Positions 1 through 8,213 of a stretch of 64,000 bases of DNA are shown one piece after another. The stretch is from Candidatus Odinarchaeota archaeon. GTDB lineage: Archaea > Asgardarchaeota > Lokiarchaeia > Sigyniarchaeales > SOKP01. The notes under the pieces were generated by a model, which saw only the letters and a program-made list of their open reading frames with translations, was not told the DNA's origin and ran no database searches. The position numbers and the translations under genes are program-made. Location of the stretch: assembly GCA_048885325.1 (NCBI GenBank), contig JBHLPZ010000001.1, positions 2,532 through 66,531 of the forward strand, read 5' to 3'. Numbering within the stretch: the first letter of the stretch is position 1; every line of letters starts with the position of its first letter.

Positions 1-249
1 AATTAATTCTTTTATTTCAGATTGATTTTTAGGTAACAAGGTTATAAAAGCATAAATGCAACGCTCTTCTTCTCTGCAAACCTTTATGGTAAATTTCTCT
101 ATTACACCATCTTCTTGTAATCGTATTACTCTTTTACGAACTGTTGATTCTGAAAGGTCTACTTCCTTTGCAATCTCATGATAAGGTCTTCTTGAGTCTT
201 CAATTAACATTTCCAATATTCTTTTATCCTTTTCATCTAAATTTTTCAT
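1..249 (-). CDS. Lrp/AsnC-family transcriptional regulator (partial; C-terminus lies beyond the window edge)
   Basis: Absent from the ORF track. Manual reverse translation from the ATG at 249-247 gives MKNLDEKDKRILEMLIEDSRRPYHEIAKEVDLSESTVRKRVIRLQEDGVIEKFTIKVCREEERCIYAFITLLPKNQSEIKELI. This is a canonical Lrp/AsnC N-terminal HTH followed by the start of the RAM domain. The frame is open to position 1. Confidence 0.8.
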   Translation of the reverse strand, partial: MKNLDEKDKRILEMLIEDSRRPYHEIAKEVDLSESTVRKRVIRLQEDGVIEKFTIKVCREEERCIYAFITLLPKNQSEIKELI

Positions 250-354
250 ATTTAATCATCTTCTATTATTTATAATTCCTTCTTAACTTATTTTTAAAAA
301 AATATATATTTTAATTATAAAAAAATTTATTTTATCTTGTAGATTCACCCATTC

Positions 355-1293
355 CTAAAAATCTTTTAATAATGGATCAAATAATCTTTCATATTCAACA
401 GCCATGCAATGAATACCCGCTGCTTTAGTGGTCTTCTTGATCTCCTTGATAAATGGTTCAAAGAATTCAATATTTATCTTATCTAGTGCTGCATATTTGG
501 CTGGTTTATTACCTTTATTATCTTTTTCTGCTTTTTTAAGTGCTTTAAGGAGGTCTTTTGGTACTGAAACACCAGGTATATAATTATCAAAATACCAAGC
601 AATCCCATAAGATTTCAAAGGAAAGATTCCTAAAAGCACTGGAACATTAAATTGCTCAAGATCTTTAAGAAAATCCTTAGCTTCATCAATATCAAATGCT
701 GTTTGTGTTTGAATAAAGTCGACACCTTGTTCTACTTTACGACCAACTTTAAGTATCTCTGGCTCACGAGGATTACTATTTGGATTAGCAACACATCCAT
801 AATTCATTTCAATCTTACCACCCTCAAGTTCATTTCCTTCGTAATCAGTTCCTTCATCGATCATAATCGAGAGCATTTCACAGAACTGAGTACTATCAAT
901 ATCATAAACAACTCTTCCTTTTTTGTGATCTCCAAGCGATGTATGATCTCCTGTTAAAGTTAAAATATTTTTTAATCCCAATACAGCCCCACCCATTACA
1001 TCTCCAAAGAGGGCAACGCGATTTCGGTCCCTAACAGTGACTTGCCAGACTGCTTCGAGCCCTACTTTTTCCTGAACTAAATAACTCGGTACTAATGAAC
1101 ACATATAAGCATCTCCTTGTGGTCCATCAGTCACATTTGCTGCTACGATCTTGCCAGTCTTTTTCATTTCTTCAGCAGAATGAAGTATTTCCTCTAGGCT
1201 AAGTATCTTTTTGGGTTCTAATTCACCAGTAAATACAAAATGTCCCGCCTCAATTGCTTTACATAAATTACTAAATGCTGGTCTTTTTCCCAT
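355..1293 (-). CDS. metF: 5,10-methylenetetrahydrofolate reductase, MetF-type catalytic subunit
   Basis: 312-aa ORF with an MTHFR-like TIM-barrel sequence (FVFTGELEPKK, ANVTDGPQG, LTLTGDHTS). Its ATG directly follows the metV stop (TAA-ATG at 1296-1291). It is the last gene of the hdr-met cluster. Confidence 0.85.
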   Translation of the reverse strand: MGKRPAFSNLCKAIEAGHFVFTGELEPKKILSLEEILHSAEEMKKTGKIVAANVTDGPQGDAYMCSLVPSYLVQEKVGLEAVWQVTVRDRNRVALFGDVMGGAVLGLKNILTLTGDHTSLGDHKKGRVVYDIDSTQFCEMLSIMIDEGTDYEGNELEGGKIEMNYGCVANPNSNPREPEILKVGRKVEQGVDFIQTQTAFDIDEAKDFLKDLEQFNVPVLLGIFPLKSYGIAWYFDNYIPGVSVPKDLLKALKKAEKDNKGNKPAKYAALDKINIEFFEPFIKEIKKTTKAAGIHCMAVEYERLFDPLLKDF

Positions 1294-1992
1294 TTAGCCT
1301 TTCACCTCCTCTTTTTCTTCTTTTACATTAGTATATTCCTTATAAACTTCTAAGTATCCAGGACTCGTAGAAGTTCTGTAATCCCTTGGGCCTCTATATT
1401 TCTTAAACAAATCTAATCTATTGAATTCCTTTAATCTCTTCCAAATTTCAACCCAAGCACACGGTACAGTATATCCTCTTACTTCACACATGCCATCAAC
1501 CATCCCTCCGCAAGGACCATTACTTAGATGTTTAGCGCATCCTGCACGAGGGCATACACCACCAGTTTCTCCAATAATACAATCTCCACATGTTTCACAT
1601 AGCTCAATGAAGTTATTTTCTCCATTACTCTGAGCACCCCCAAACATACTATTTTGGGTAGGGAAGGTTAATTTTTGTGGTAAGACTTTATTCATCATAA
1701 CAACTCCTAATCCACAAGCTAATGTAAGAATAGCTTCATAATCTTCTATTAAAGGTCTTACGGTTGTCACTGCAATTCTATCATCACATTGTCTTAGAAC
1801 TGTAATAGCCTTCCATTTTAGATCTTTACCTTTAGTTCTTGCTTTTAGTTCTAAGAGTTGTCCGAGTAGTTTCGCCTCATTCAAACTTCTAGGTGGTTGA
1901 CAGCATCCATCGCAGCCTGCTATGAGTATTTTGTTATATGGCTCTATGTACCCATAAATTTCTTCAATATCTTTTAATTGGGTTATAATCAT
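1294..1992 (-). CDS. metV: MetV, Cys-rich small subunit of MetFV methylene-THF reductase (MTHFR C-terminal-like domain)
   Basis: 232 aa with a Cys-rich C-terminal half: CETCGDCIIGETGGVCPRAGCAKHLSNGPCGGMVDGMCEV...CAW. The GPCGG motif is typical of the MTHFR_C/MetV family. It abuts metF. Confidence 0.75.
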   Translation of the reverse strand: MIITQLKDIEEIYGYIEPYNKILIAGCDGCCQPPRSLNEAKLLGQLLELKARTKGKDLKWKAITVLRQCDDRIAVTTVRPLIEDYEAILTLACGLGVVMMNKVLPQKLTFPTQNSMFGGAQSNGENNFIELCETCGDCIIGETGGVCPRAGCAKHLSNGPCGGMVDGMCEVRGYTVPCAWVEIWKRLKEFNRLDLFKKYRGPRDYRTSTSPGYLEVYKEYTNVKEEKEEVKG

Positions 1993-2073
1993 TTTTCAAA
2001 ACTCCACATTTTTTCTTTTCAAATTTTCATAAAAATTTTTAATTTAGTTTATATATCAAAAAAGTTCTCATAT

Positions 2074-2970
2074 TTAGGTTGTTAATTTTTCAATTAACTT
2101 ATTAGGCTTTACACTTCTAGTAGAAAGACTAAGGTCTTCTAAAGCTACACCCAACGCAATTGCCATTATTTCAGGTAGATATAATACCGGGATATCTAAT
2201 TCTTTGCCAGTCTTACGAGAAATGATCTTTTCTTTTCTGTCATATTGGGTTACGCAAGCAGGGCATACTGCAATTAAAGCATCAACTTCTTCTTCAAGTT
2301 CAGATAATTCTGTCATTTTATCTTCAACAAGTTTTTCGCCAATTTCTTCCTGTAGACGGGCACAATAACCACAGCATTCTAATTTATTAGCAAAATCAAT
2401 TGTTTTTGCTCCAAGAGTTTGAAGGATAAGATCAATTTTTTCAGGCTTTTCTGGGTGATCAAATCGCATAATTTTACTCGGTCGGACTAAATGGCAACCA
2501 TAATGCACAGCAAGATTTAAATCATCAAGCGGTTTAATTGTTAAGCTTTTCATTTTTTCAAGCCATTCTTGTTGGGTGAATAATTCTACGAAGTGGTAAA
2601 CATTTATTTTTCCAGTATACTCATAATTTATTTTCTTTAAGATTTCATTGATTTTTTTCAGATGTTCAGGATCCTCTCCCAAAAGAACACTCACAGTTTT
2701 TAAAGTTTCATAGCATCCAGAACAAATTGTTAAAACATCGAATCCCATTTGTTCAGCAATTGCAAGATTTCTTGCTCCTAAAGTTAACCATGTATCAATA
2801 TTTAATGATTGTAATGATACTGGTTCTGGACAGCAACTAACTCCCTCCATTTCTCTCAATTCAACGCCTAAAATACTTGCTACATCTCTAAATGCTTTCT
2901 CTAGTTGTGGCATTTTTAGTGGTATTGTACATCCTAAAAAAAGTGAAAACTCATTTCCTTTTATTGTCAT
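2074..2970 (-). CDS. hdrB: Heterodisulfide reductase subunit B-like protein (two CCG-type cysteine-rich domains)
   Basis: 298 aa with two Cys-rich modules (GVSCCPEP...ICSGCYETL and LECCGYC...VCPACVTQY), as in HdrB. It abuts hdrC (2971/2970). Confidence 0.85.
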   Translation of the reverse strand: MTIKGNEFSLFLGCTIPLKMPQLEKAFRDVASILGVELREMEGVSCCPEPVSLQSLNIDTWLTLGARNLAIAEQMGFDVLTICSGCYETLKTVSVLLGEDPEHLKKINEILKKINYEYTGKINVYHFVELFTQQEWLEKMKSLTIKPLDDLNLAVHYGCHLVRPSKIMRFDHPEKPEKIDLILQTLGAKTIDFANKLECCGYCARLQEEIGEKLVEDKMTELSELEEEVDALIAVCPACVTQYDRKEKIISRKTGKELDIPVLYLPEIMAIALGVALEDLSLSTRSVKPNKLIEKLTT

Positions 2971-3504
2971 TTATTTATCATCCTCCTTTTTTATTAGAAG
3001 ATCACCTAATCCTGTTTCATTTATTATAAATTTTATATCTTCAAGATTGGGTGGAATAATTTCTGGCAATCCCATTCTTTCTCGCCTTCTATCTATATTT
3101 TTTTTCATTCCTTCTGTATAAGGCACTACAAATCCATTTTCATAAATAACCTCGACTGTGCTTGAATATTCCTTTGGAATTTTCCCTTCTTTTGCAGCCA
3201 TATTTCGCAATAACGCTAAAATGAAAGAATAATCTACATTTTTTGGACATCTTTCAGTACATCTATGGCACAGTGAACAAGTCCAAATTGCCTTACTGGA
3301 TAATACCTCTTCTTTCAAACCTAGAAGGCATGATGCAACTACTCTATGTGGTTGTAAATCGACATATTCGGTTACAGTACAACCAGAACTACATACTCCA
3401 CATTGAATACATTTCAAAAGTGATTTGGCACCAACTTTTTCTGCTATTTCATAGCGGAAGTTTAAATCTAAATCACTTGCATTTTTCTTTAACATTTCAG
3501 TCAT
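2971..3504 (-). CDS. hdrC: Heterodisulfide reductase subunit C-like 4Fe-4S dicluster protein
   Basis: 177 aa with two ferredoxin-type cluster motifs (CIQCGVCSSGC and CSLCHRCTERCP). A GGAGGG Shine-Dalgarno-like sequence lies upstream of the ATG. The gene starts 3 nt after the hdrA stop. Confidence 0.8.
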   Translation of the reverse strand: MTEMLKKNASDLDLNFRYEIAEKVGAKSLLKCIQCGVCSSGCTVTEYVDLQPHRVVASCLLGLKEEVLSSKAIWTCSLCHRCTERCPKNVDYSFILALLRNMAAKEGKIPKEYSSTVEVIYENGFVVPYTEGMKKNIDRRRERMGLPEIIPPNLEDIKFIINETGLGDLLIKKEDDK

Positions 3505-3507
3505 TTT

Positions 3508-6500
3508 TTATGCTCCCTCCTTTGCTTTTTCTTTTTTTGGTTCAATTTTGTCGCCTGTTTTAGCTAATGGTCCAAGTTTTTTCACTCTATTTACAAATTC
3601 GGTCACTATCTCAGAGAAACGCTTTCCTTCACTAGCTGAAACCCATTCAAGTCTATAGCGATCAGGATTAATCCCTACTTTTTCCAGTATTTCGTGAAGT
3701 TCATTGTAACGCATCTGCATATCATAGTTACCTTCTAAATAATGGCAATCGCCAATATGGCATCCTCCTACTAATACTCCATCCGCACCTTCTAAGAATG
3801 CTTGTAAAATGAAGTGTTTTGGTATCCTTCCTGTGCACATTACTCTTATGGGTCTAATATTGGTTGGATATTGGAAACGACTTACACCACATGTATCTGC
3901 TCCAGCATAACTACACCAATTGCATAAGAATGCCACAATACGAGGTCTCTCGTCCAGAAAATCTCCTCGAACAGCCTCTCTAATCATAGGATATATCTGT
4001 TCATCTGCAAAATGACTCATGGTAATAGCACCTGCTGGACATGCTGCAGCACAATCACCACATCCTTTGCATAACAAAGGATTGGATTCCGATACTAGAA
4101 TTTCATTATCAAAATTTACGCCGATCGCTCCAAAATTACATACTTCCTCACATTTTTGACATGCTATACATAAAGCAGGATTAACTACTGAAACTAAAGG
4201 TTCATTCTCAACCACTCCAGAAATGAGCGGAATTAAAGCATGAGCTGCTGCGCCTCTCCCCTGAGAAATTGAATCTGCTATTCCTTTAGGACTATGGCAT
4301 GTTCCTGCTAAATATATTCCATCAGTGGCAAAATCGACTGGACGCAATTTTATATGCGCCTCTAAAAAATATCCATTCTGATCCCTCGCACATTTAATCA
4401 TTTCACCAAGCTTTTGAGTATCATGAGGAATTAAAGGTGCAGAAAGAACAACTTTATCTGCATCTATTTCTAGATCAGTTTGAGTCAAAATATCTTGTAC
4501 TTCAACCTTTATTTTATTATCTACAATATCTACAGTTGGATAATCATTGAATCGTATATAGTTGACACTTTCGCGTGCTTTCCAATAATAAGGTTCTTCA
4601 TCAGTTCCTACCCTTATATCTCTATATAATACATAGATATTTGAATTAGGGTATGTCTCTTTCACATATAATGCATGCCTAATTGATTCAGAACAACATA
4701 TGAGAGAGCAATATGTTACCCCATTTCCTCCTTCAGGCTGACGTGAACCTACACAATGAATAAAAACGAGTGTTTCACCATCTTTTAATTCATTGTTTCT
4801 CAACTTCTCTGATAGTTCTAACTGGGTCATTATCTTATCACTCATTCCTTCTTCTCCATAATGATACCACCCTTCAGGTTTGAACTCATATGCTCCAGTT
4901 GCGGTTATAATTACCCCCACGTTTAGATCAGAATTTTTAGCTTCCACTCTACTCTTAACCTTGACTTTGAAATCTCCAATGGAACCTTTTACATCTATCA
5001 CTTCAGAATTCAAATAAGTAGTAATATTTTTATAAGATTTGAATTCATTAAGGCGATTCTCTAGATATTCCCTAGAATCAATTCGCTCAAAGTTAATTTT
5101 ATAAATTTGGTTTAATTGTCCTCCTAATTTACCTTCTTTTTCAACAAGATGAACTTTATATCCTTTTTTTGCAATTTCTATAGCAGAACTAATTCCCGTA
5201 ATTCCCCCTCCTACAACTAAAGCTTCTGGGACCACATTTCCTTTAATTTTATTTTCAGGTTTCTGTTTAATTACCCTAGCAACTCCCATTCTTATTAGAT
5301 CTTTTGCTTTATCTGTGGCTCTTTTGTTGTCTTTCATATGAACCCACGAATCCAATTCCCGAATACTCACGAAGTTAAAAAGATATTCATTTAAACCAGC
5401 TTCTCGTATTGTTTTTTGGAAAAGAGGTTCATGTGTTCTAGGAGTACATGCAGCAACAACTACACGATTTAAGTTAAGTTCCTCAATCTTTTCTTTAATA
5501 ATATCTTGTGTTAATTGAGAGCAGCTATACTTATTTTCCATGGAGTAAACTACATTTGGTAACGTTTTAGTATATTTTACTAAATTAGGTACATCTATAT
5601 AGCCTGCAATATTAATCCCGCACCTACAAATGAATACTCCGACACGTGGCTCATCTCCAGGATTTATTGATATTAAGGGCGGCAACTCCACTTTGGTTTC
5701 TTCTTCACTTAGAGGAACAGCATGAGAAGCCGCTAATGCAGCGGCGCCTCCGGCTTTAGCTACTGAATTTGCTATATCGTCAGGGGATTGACAAGAACCA
5801 GTTACATAAACACCATTCTTGGTAGATTTTAAATCTTCCGTAGAATCTTTCGTTTTAAAGAATCCTAACTCATTTTTTTCAATACCCAGAATTTCTGCTA
5901 ATTTTTCAGCATCTCTTCTGGGGGTTACAGCATTAGCAAGCACGATAAGATCAAATTCTTTTGTCTCTACTTCACCAGAATCTAAATTAGCCGCTTTTAC
6001 ATATAAGTTATGATTCTCTGGATTTTCTCGAACATCTCCAGGAATTCCATGATGATAGTGTAAATTATATTCATCTTTAGCTCTTTCTATGAATTCTTCT
6101 TGATTTTTACCAATTACTCTAATATCATTAAAATAAATGGTAACATCTGTGTCTGGGGCATGTTCTCGTGTTACTACTCCCTCTTTTGCCATGTACATAC
6201 AGCAAAACTTAGAGCAATACGCACATATATCCTCATTTCTGGATCCTACACAAGCAACAAATGCGATATTATGAGCATGTTCTTTATCTGAAGGACGTAA
6301 CAATTCTCCACCAGTAGGGCCTGAGGCACTTAGTAATCGTTCATACTGCATTGCAGTAATAACATTAGGATATTCACCAAAGTGATATCGATCTAAAATA
6401 CTAGGATCTATTTGATCATAACCAGTTGCTACAATGATTGAGGCAACATTATACTCAACTATTTCGTCTTTCATGTCGAAATTAATTGCTCCTGCCTCAC

Positions 6501-7005
6501 ATTCTTTTTCACATAATTGACATACTCCCTTTGTTAAATACAGGCATTTTTCAGCATCAATAACGGCTTTTCTTGGAACTGCTTGCGGAAAGGGAATATA
6601 AATAGCCGTACGATTGCCCATTCCCTCCTCAAATTCACTAGGGATTTTTTTCATTGGGCATTTTTCTTGACAGGCTGCACATCCAGTACATATATCCCAA
6701 TCAACATATCTTGCTTTTTTAAGTACTTTAACATTGAAATTTCCAGCTTTTCCATTCATTTCTTGCACTTCGGAATATGCTAATAGCTCAACATTTGGAT
6801 GACGAGATACTTCAACCATTTTTGGTGCTAGAATGCATATCGAACAATCCAATGTAGGAAAAGTTTTATCTAGTTGTGCCATTCGACCGCCAACTGAAGA
6901 TGTCTTCTCTACAAGAATTACTTTATATCCTTGTTCAGCTAATGTAAGACTTGCTTCTATTCCTGAAATTCCACCACCAATAACCATTATACTGCTAATT
7001 GCCAT
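3508..7005 (-). CDS. hdrA: Tandem HdrA-like flavoprotein fused to an MvhD domain (HdrA-HdrA-MvhD, 1165 aa)
   Basis: There are two complete HdrA-type modules. Module 1 has VIGGGISGIEA, TFPTLDCSIC, FVACVGSRNEDICAYCSKFCCMY and GVYVTGSCQSPDDIANS. Module 2 has VVGGGITGISSA, FIHCVGSRQPEGGNGVTYCSLICCSE and GIYLAGTCHSPKGIADS. These are followed by a 2x[4Fe-4S] ferredoxin (CIACQKCEEVC, CKGCGDCAAACP). The C-terminal MvhD-like domain reads IVAFLCNWCSYAGADTCG...VMCTGRI...GADGVLVGGCHIGDCHY. Confidence 0.85.
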   Translation of the reverse strand: MAISSIMVIGGGISGIEASLTLAEQGYKVILVEKTSSVGGRMAQLDKTFPTLDCSICILAPKMVEVSRHPNVELLAYSEVQEMNGKAGNFNVKVLKKARYVDWDICTGCAACQEKCPMKKIPSEFEEGMGNRTAIYIPFPQAVPRKAVIDAEKCLYLTKGVCQLCEKECEAGAINFDMKDEIVEYNVASIIVATGYDQIDPSILDRYHFGEYPNVITAMQYERLLSASGPTGGELLRPSDKEHAHNIAFVACVGSRNEDICAYCSKFCCMYMAKEGVVTREHAPDTDVTIYFNDIRVIGKNQEEFIERAKDEYNLHYHHGIPGDVRENPENHNLYVKAANLDSGEVETKEFDLIVLANAVTPRRDAEKLAEILGIEKNELGFFKTKDSTEDLKSTKNGVYVTGSCQSPDDIANSVAKAGGAAALAASHAVPLSEEETKVELPPLISINPGDEPRVGVFICRCGINIAGYIDVPNLVKYTKTLPNVVYSMENKYSCSQLTQDIIKEKIEELNLNRVVVAACTPRTHEPLFQKTIREAGLNEYLFNFVSIRELDSWVHMKDNKRATDKAKDLIRMGVARVIKQKPENKIKGNVVPEALVVGGGITGISSAIEIAKKGYKVHLVEKEGKLGGQLNQIYKINFERIDSREYLENRLNEFKSYKNITTYLNSEVIDVKGSIGDFKVKVKSRVEAKNSDLNVGVIITATGAYEFKPEGWYHYGEEGMSDKIMTQLELSEKLRNNELKDGETLVFIHCVGSRQPEGGNGVTYCSLICCSESIRHALYVKETYPNSNIYVLYRDIRVGTDEEPYYWKARESVNYIRFNDYPTVDIVDNKIKVEVQDILTQTDLEIDADKVVLSAPLIPHDTQKLGEMIKCARDQNGYFLEAHIKLRPVDFATDGIYLAGTCHSPKGIADSISQGRGAAAHALIPLISGVVENEPLVSVVNPALCIACQKCEEVCNFGAIGVNFDNEILVSESNPLLCKGCGDCAAACPAGAITMSHFADEQIYPMIREAVRGDFLDERPRIVAFLCNWCSYAGADTCGVSRFQYPTNIRPIRVMCTGRIPKHFILQAFLEGADGVLVGGCHIGDCHYLEGNYDMQMRYNELHEILEKVGINPDRYRLEWVSASEGKRFSEIVTEFVNRVKKLGPLAKTGDKIEPKKEKAKEGA

Positions 7006-7060
7006 TTTTCACCAATTTTGATCATTTTTTTACATATTTTCATTTTTTTTTTAATATATT
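7006..7060 (-). promoter_or_regulatory. Putative hdrA 5' region: SD-like GGTGA (7009-7013) and TATA-like AATATATTAA (7051-7060, minus-strand reading)
   Basis: Read on the minus strand, the sequence is ...gaaatatattaaaaaaaaaatgaaaatatgtaaaaaaatgatcaaaattGGTGAaaaATG. The SD-like element sits 4 nt before the ATG and an A/T box about 46-55 nt upstream. The AT-rich background makes this weak. Confidence 0.3.
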
Positions 7061-7380
7061 TCGTTGTTTTTCTAAAATTTTCGCTTCTTTTTGAAAATAA
7101 TTGTTTATATCATAAACTAATTTCTTTATAATTTACTTATTATAACATGCATCTATATAAATATTTCCATAATCGTTTTTTTTTTGTTATTTTTTATCCG
7201 AAATTAAAAAATTATTAGGTTAAAAATTAACGAATTCGGAATTAATAATTGATTTTAGTAATCTTTTCAATTGAAGAAAGTTAAATTTAGCAATCAACCC
7301 TCTATCTTAGAAAATTTTGATGACAAGAAAAATGACTTTTTACTAATTTTTCGATATAAAAAAATTCTGGTTGATGATTT

Positions 7381-8016
7381 TCATATTAGTAATTCTTTTA
7401 AAAGCTCCTCTGCCGTTATATTACCTTTTAATTTCTTTTCTTCATTAATGATTAAAGTTGGAACAGTTGATACATTATATTGTTCACATATATCAGGATG
7501 TGCCATAATATCTATTATCATCGCCCTTATTTTACCTTCTGATGCTAAAGCGAACTGGCTACAGATTGATAAAATAGTAGGACAATAAGCGCATGAATCC
7601 GTAATCAATAATTTTATGACTATAGAATCCAATTTACTTAGGTTTTGCTTTATAATAGCCTCATAATAATTAGGAGTTCCAGTGAATACCATTAATGCCT
7701 GTACAAATGGTTGGATTTCAGCAGCCATGGGCACCGCTAAATAACGTATAAATTCTATTCCTTGATTATTCATTAGTAAAATCACAGGTACTCGTTGAAG
7801 ATCATACTTTTTAGCTAATTCAGAATTTTTTTCTAGATTATACGCTTCGATTTTTAACATTCCATTAGAACCTTTTTGATATATATCCAATGTATCCATC
7901 ATATATACAGATTCTTGGAGATTATTTGATGATGTAAAAACCTTTAATATAACTGGTTTTGTAAGTTTTTTAATCTCATTACGAATCATCTTTTTATAAA
8001 TATAGGAAACTGGCAA
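7381..8016 (-). CDS. Protein-disulfide oxidoreductase (PDO)-like double thioredoxin-fold protein with a single CxxC
   Basis: 211 aa. The C-terminal unit (IVIKLLITDSCAYCPTILS...YNVSTVPTLII) matches the archaeal PDO/glutaredoxin-like pattern with a CAYC active site. The N-terminal unit keeps the fold pattern (KYDLQRVPVILL) but has no CxxC. Confidence 0.65.
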   Translation of the reverse strand: MPVSYIYKKMIRNEIKKLTKPVILKVFTSSNNLQESVYMMDTLDIYQKGSNGMLKIEAYNLEKNSELAKKYDLQRVPVILLMNNQGIEFIRYLAVPMAAEIQPFVQALMVFTGTPNYYEAIIKQNLSKLDSIVIKLLITDSCAYCPTILSICSQFALASEGKIRAMIIDIMAHPDICEQYNVSTVPTLIINEEKKLKGNITAEELLKELLI

Positions 8017-8213
8017 ACTAATCTTTCAATTCTATTTGTTTTTTCATAAAAGGTAAAGAAAAAATCGTTTATACACATTGTTATTATTATTTAAAAATTC
8101 TATTTATAACTTAATTTTTCTTATAATGTTTTATGGTTATAAAGAGAAAAACTAACAATTTTGCTCCAATCTACTCTCTACATCTTTTATATTTAAATGG
8201 GTGGGGCGGAAGA

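Noticed and set aside
652-957. Numerous 60-135-aa ORFs in the track lie antisense to, or out of frame with, strongly supported genes. Examples are 652-957, 1421-1633, 3243-3563, 5819-6013, 6100-6291, 6583-6783, 6833-7021, 12446-12801, 13891-14298, 15133-15375, 16293-16475, 16810-17209, 21220-21435, 23219-23575, 24382-24624, 26447-26656, 28713-29009, 29055-29258, 29412-29639, 35136-35522, 38480-38719, 42343-42564, 46464-46655, 48331-48528, 52652-52987, 53153-53428, 56967-57167, 57508-57711, 58804-58995, 59597-59887 and 60463-60651.
   Set aside because: They fully overlap CDS that carry clear family motifs. Their translations are low-complexity (I/F/L/S/K-rich) with no motifs. AT-rich DNA is expected to generate long shadow ORFs.
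7198-7245. Near-repeats CCGAAATTAA (7198-7207) and TCGGAATTAA (7236-7245) lie in the long hdrA-upstream intergenic region, together with an 8-bp palindrome CGAATTCG (7231-7238). They could be an operator.
   Set aside because: The repeats are short and imperfect in a 375-bp AT-rich spacer. They cannot be distinguished from chance without comparative data or footprinting.
7271-7588. A 105-aa plus-strand ORF spanning the hdrA-upstream intergenic region and the 3' part of the PDO-like gene.
   Set aside because: It overlaps the well-supported minus-strand PDO-like CDS and has a low-complexity translation. It is most likely an artefact.
8133-8213. N-terminal extensions appear in the track ORFs of the TPR protein (8133), TrpRS (16618), Mut7-C protein (31547), aEF-1beta (62500) and porA (47376).
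   Set aside because: The extensions are low-complexity or overlap neighbouring genes. Conserved family sequence begins at downstream start codons, several of which have SD-like motifs or stop/start coupling.
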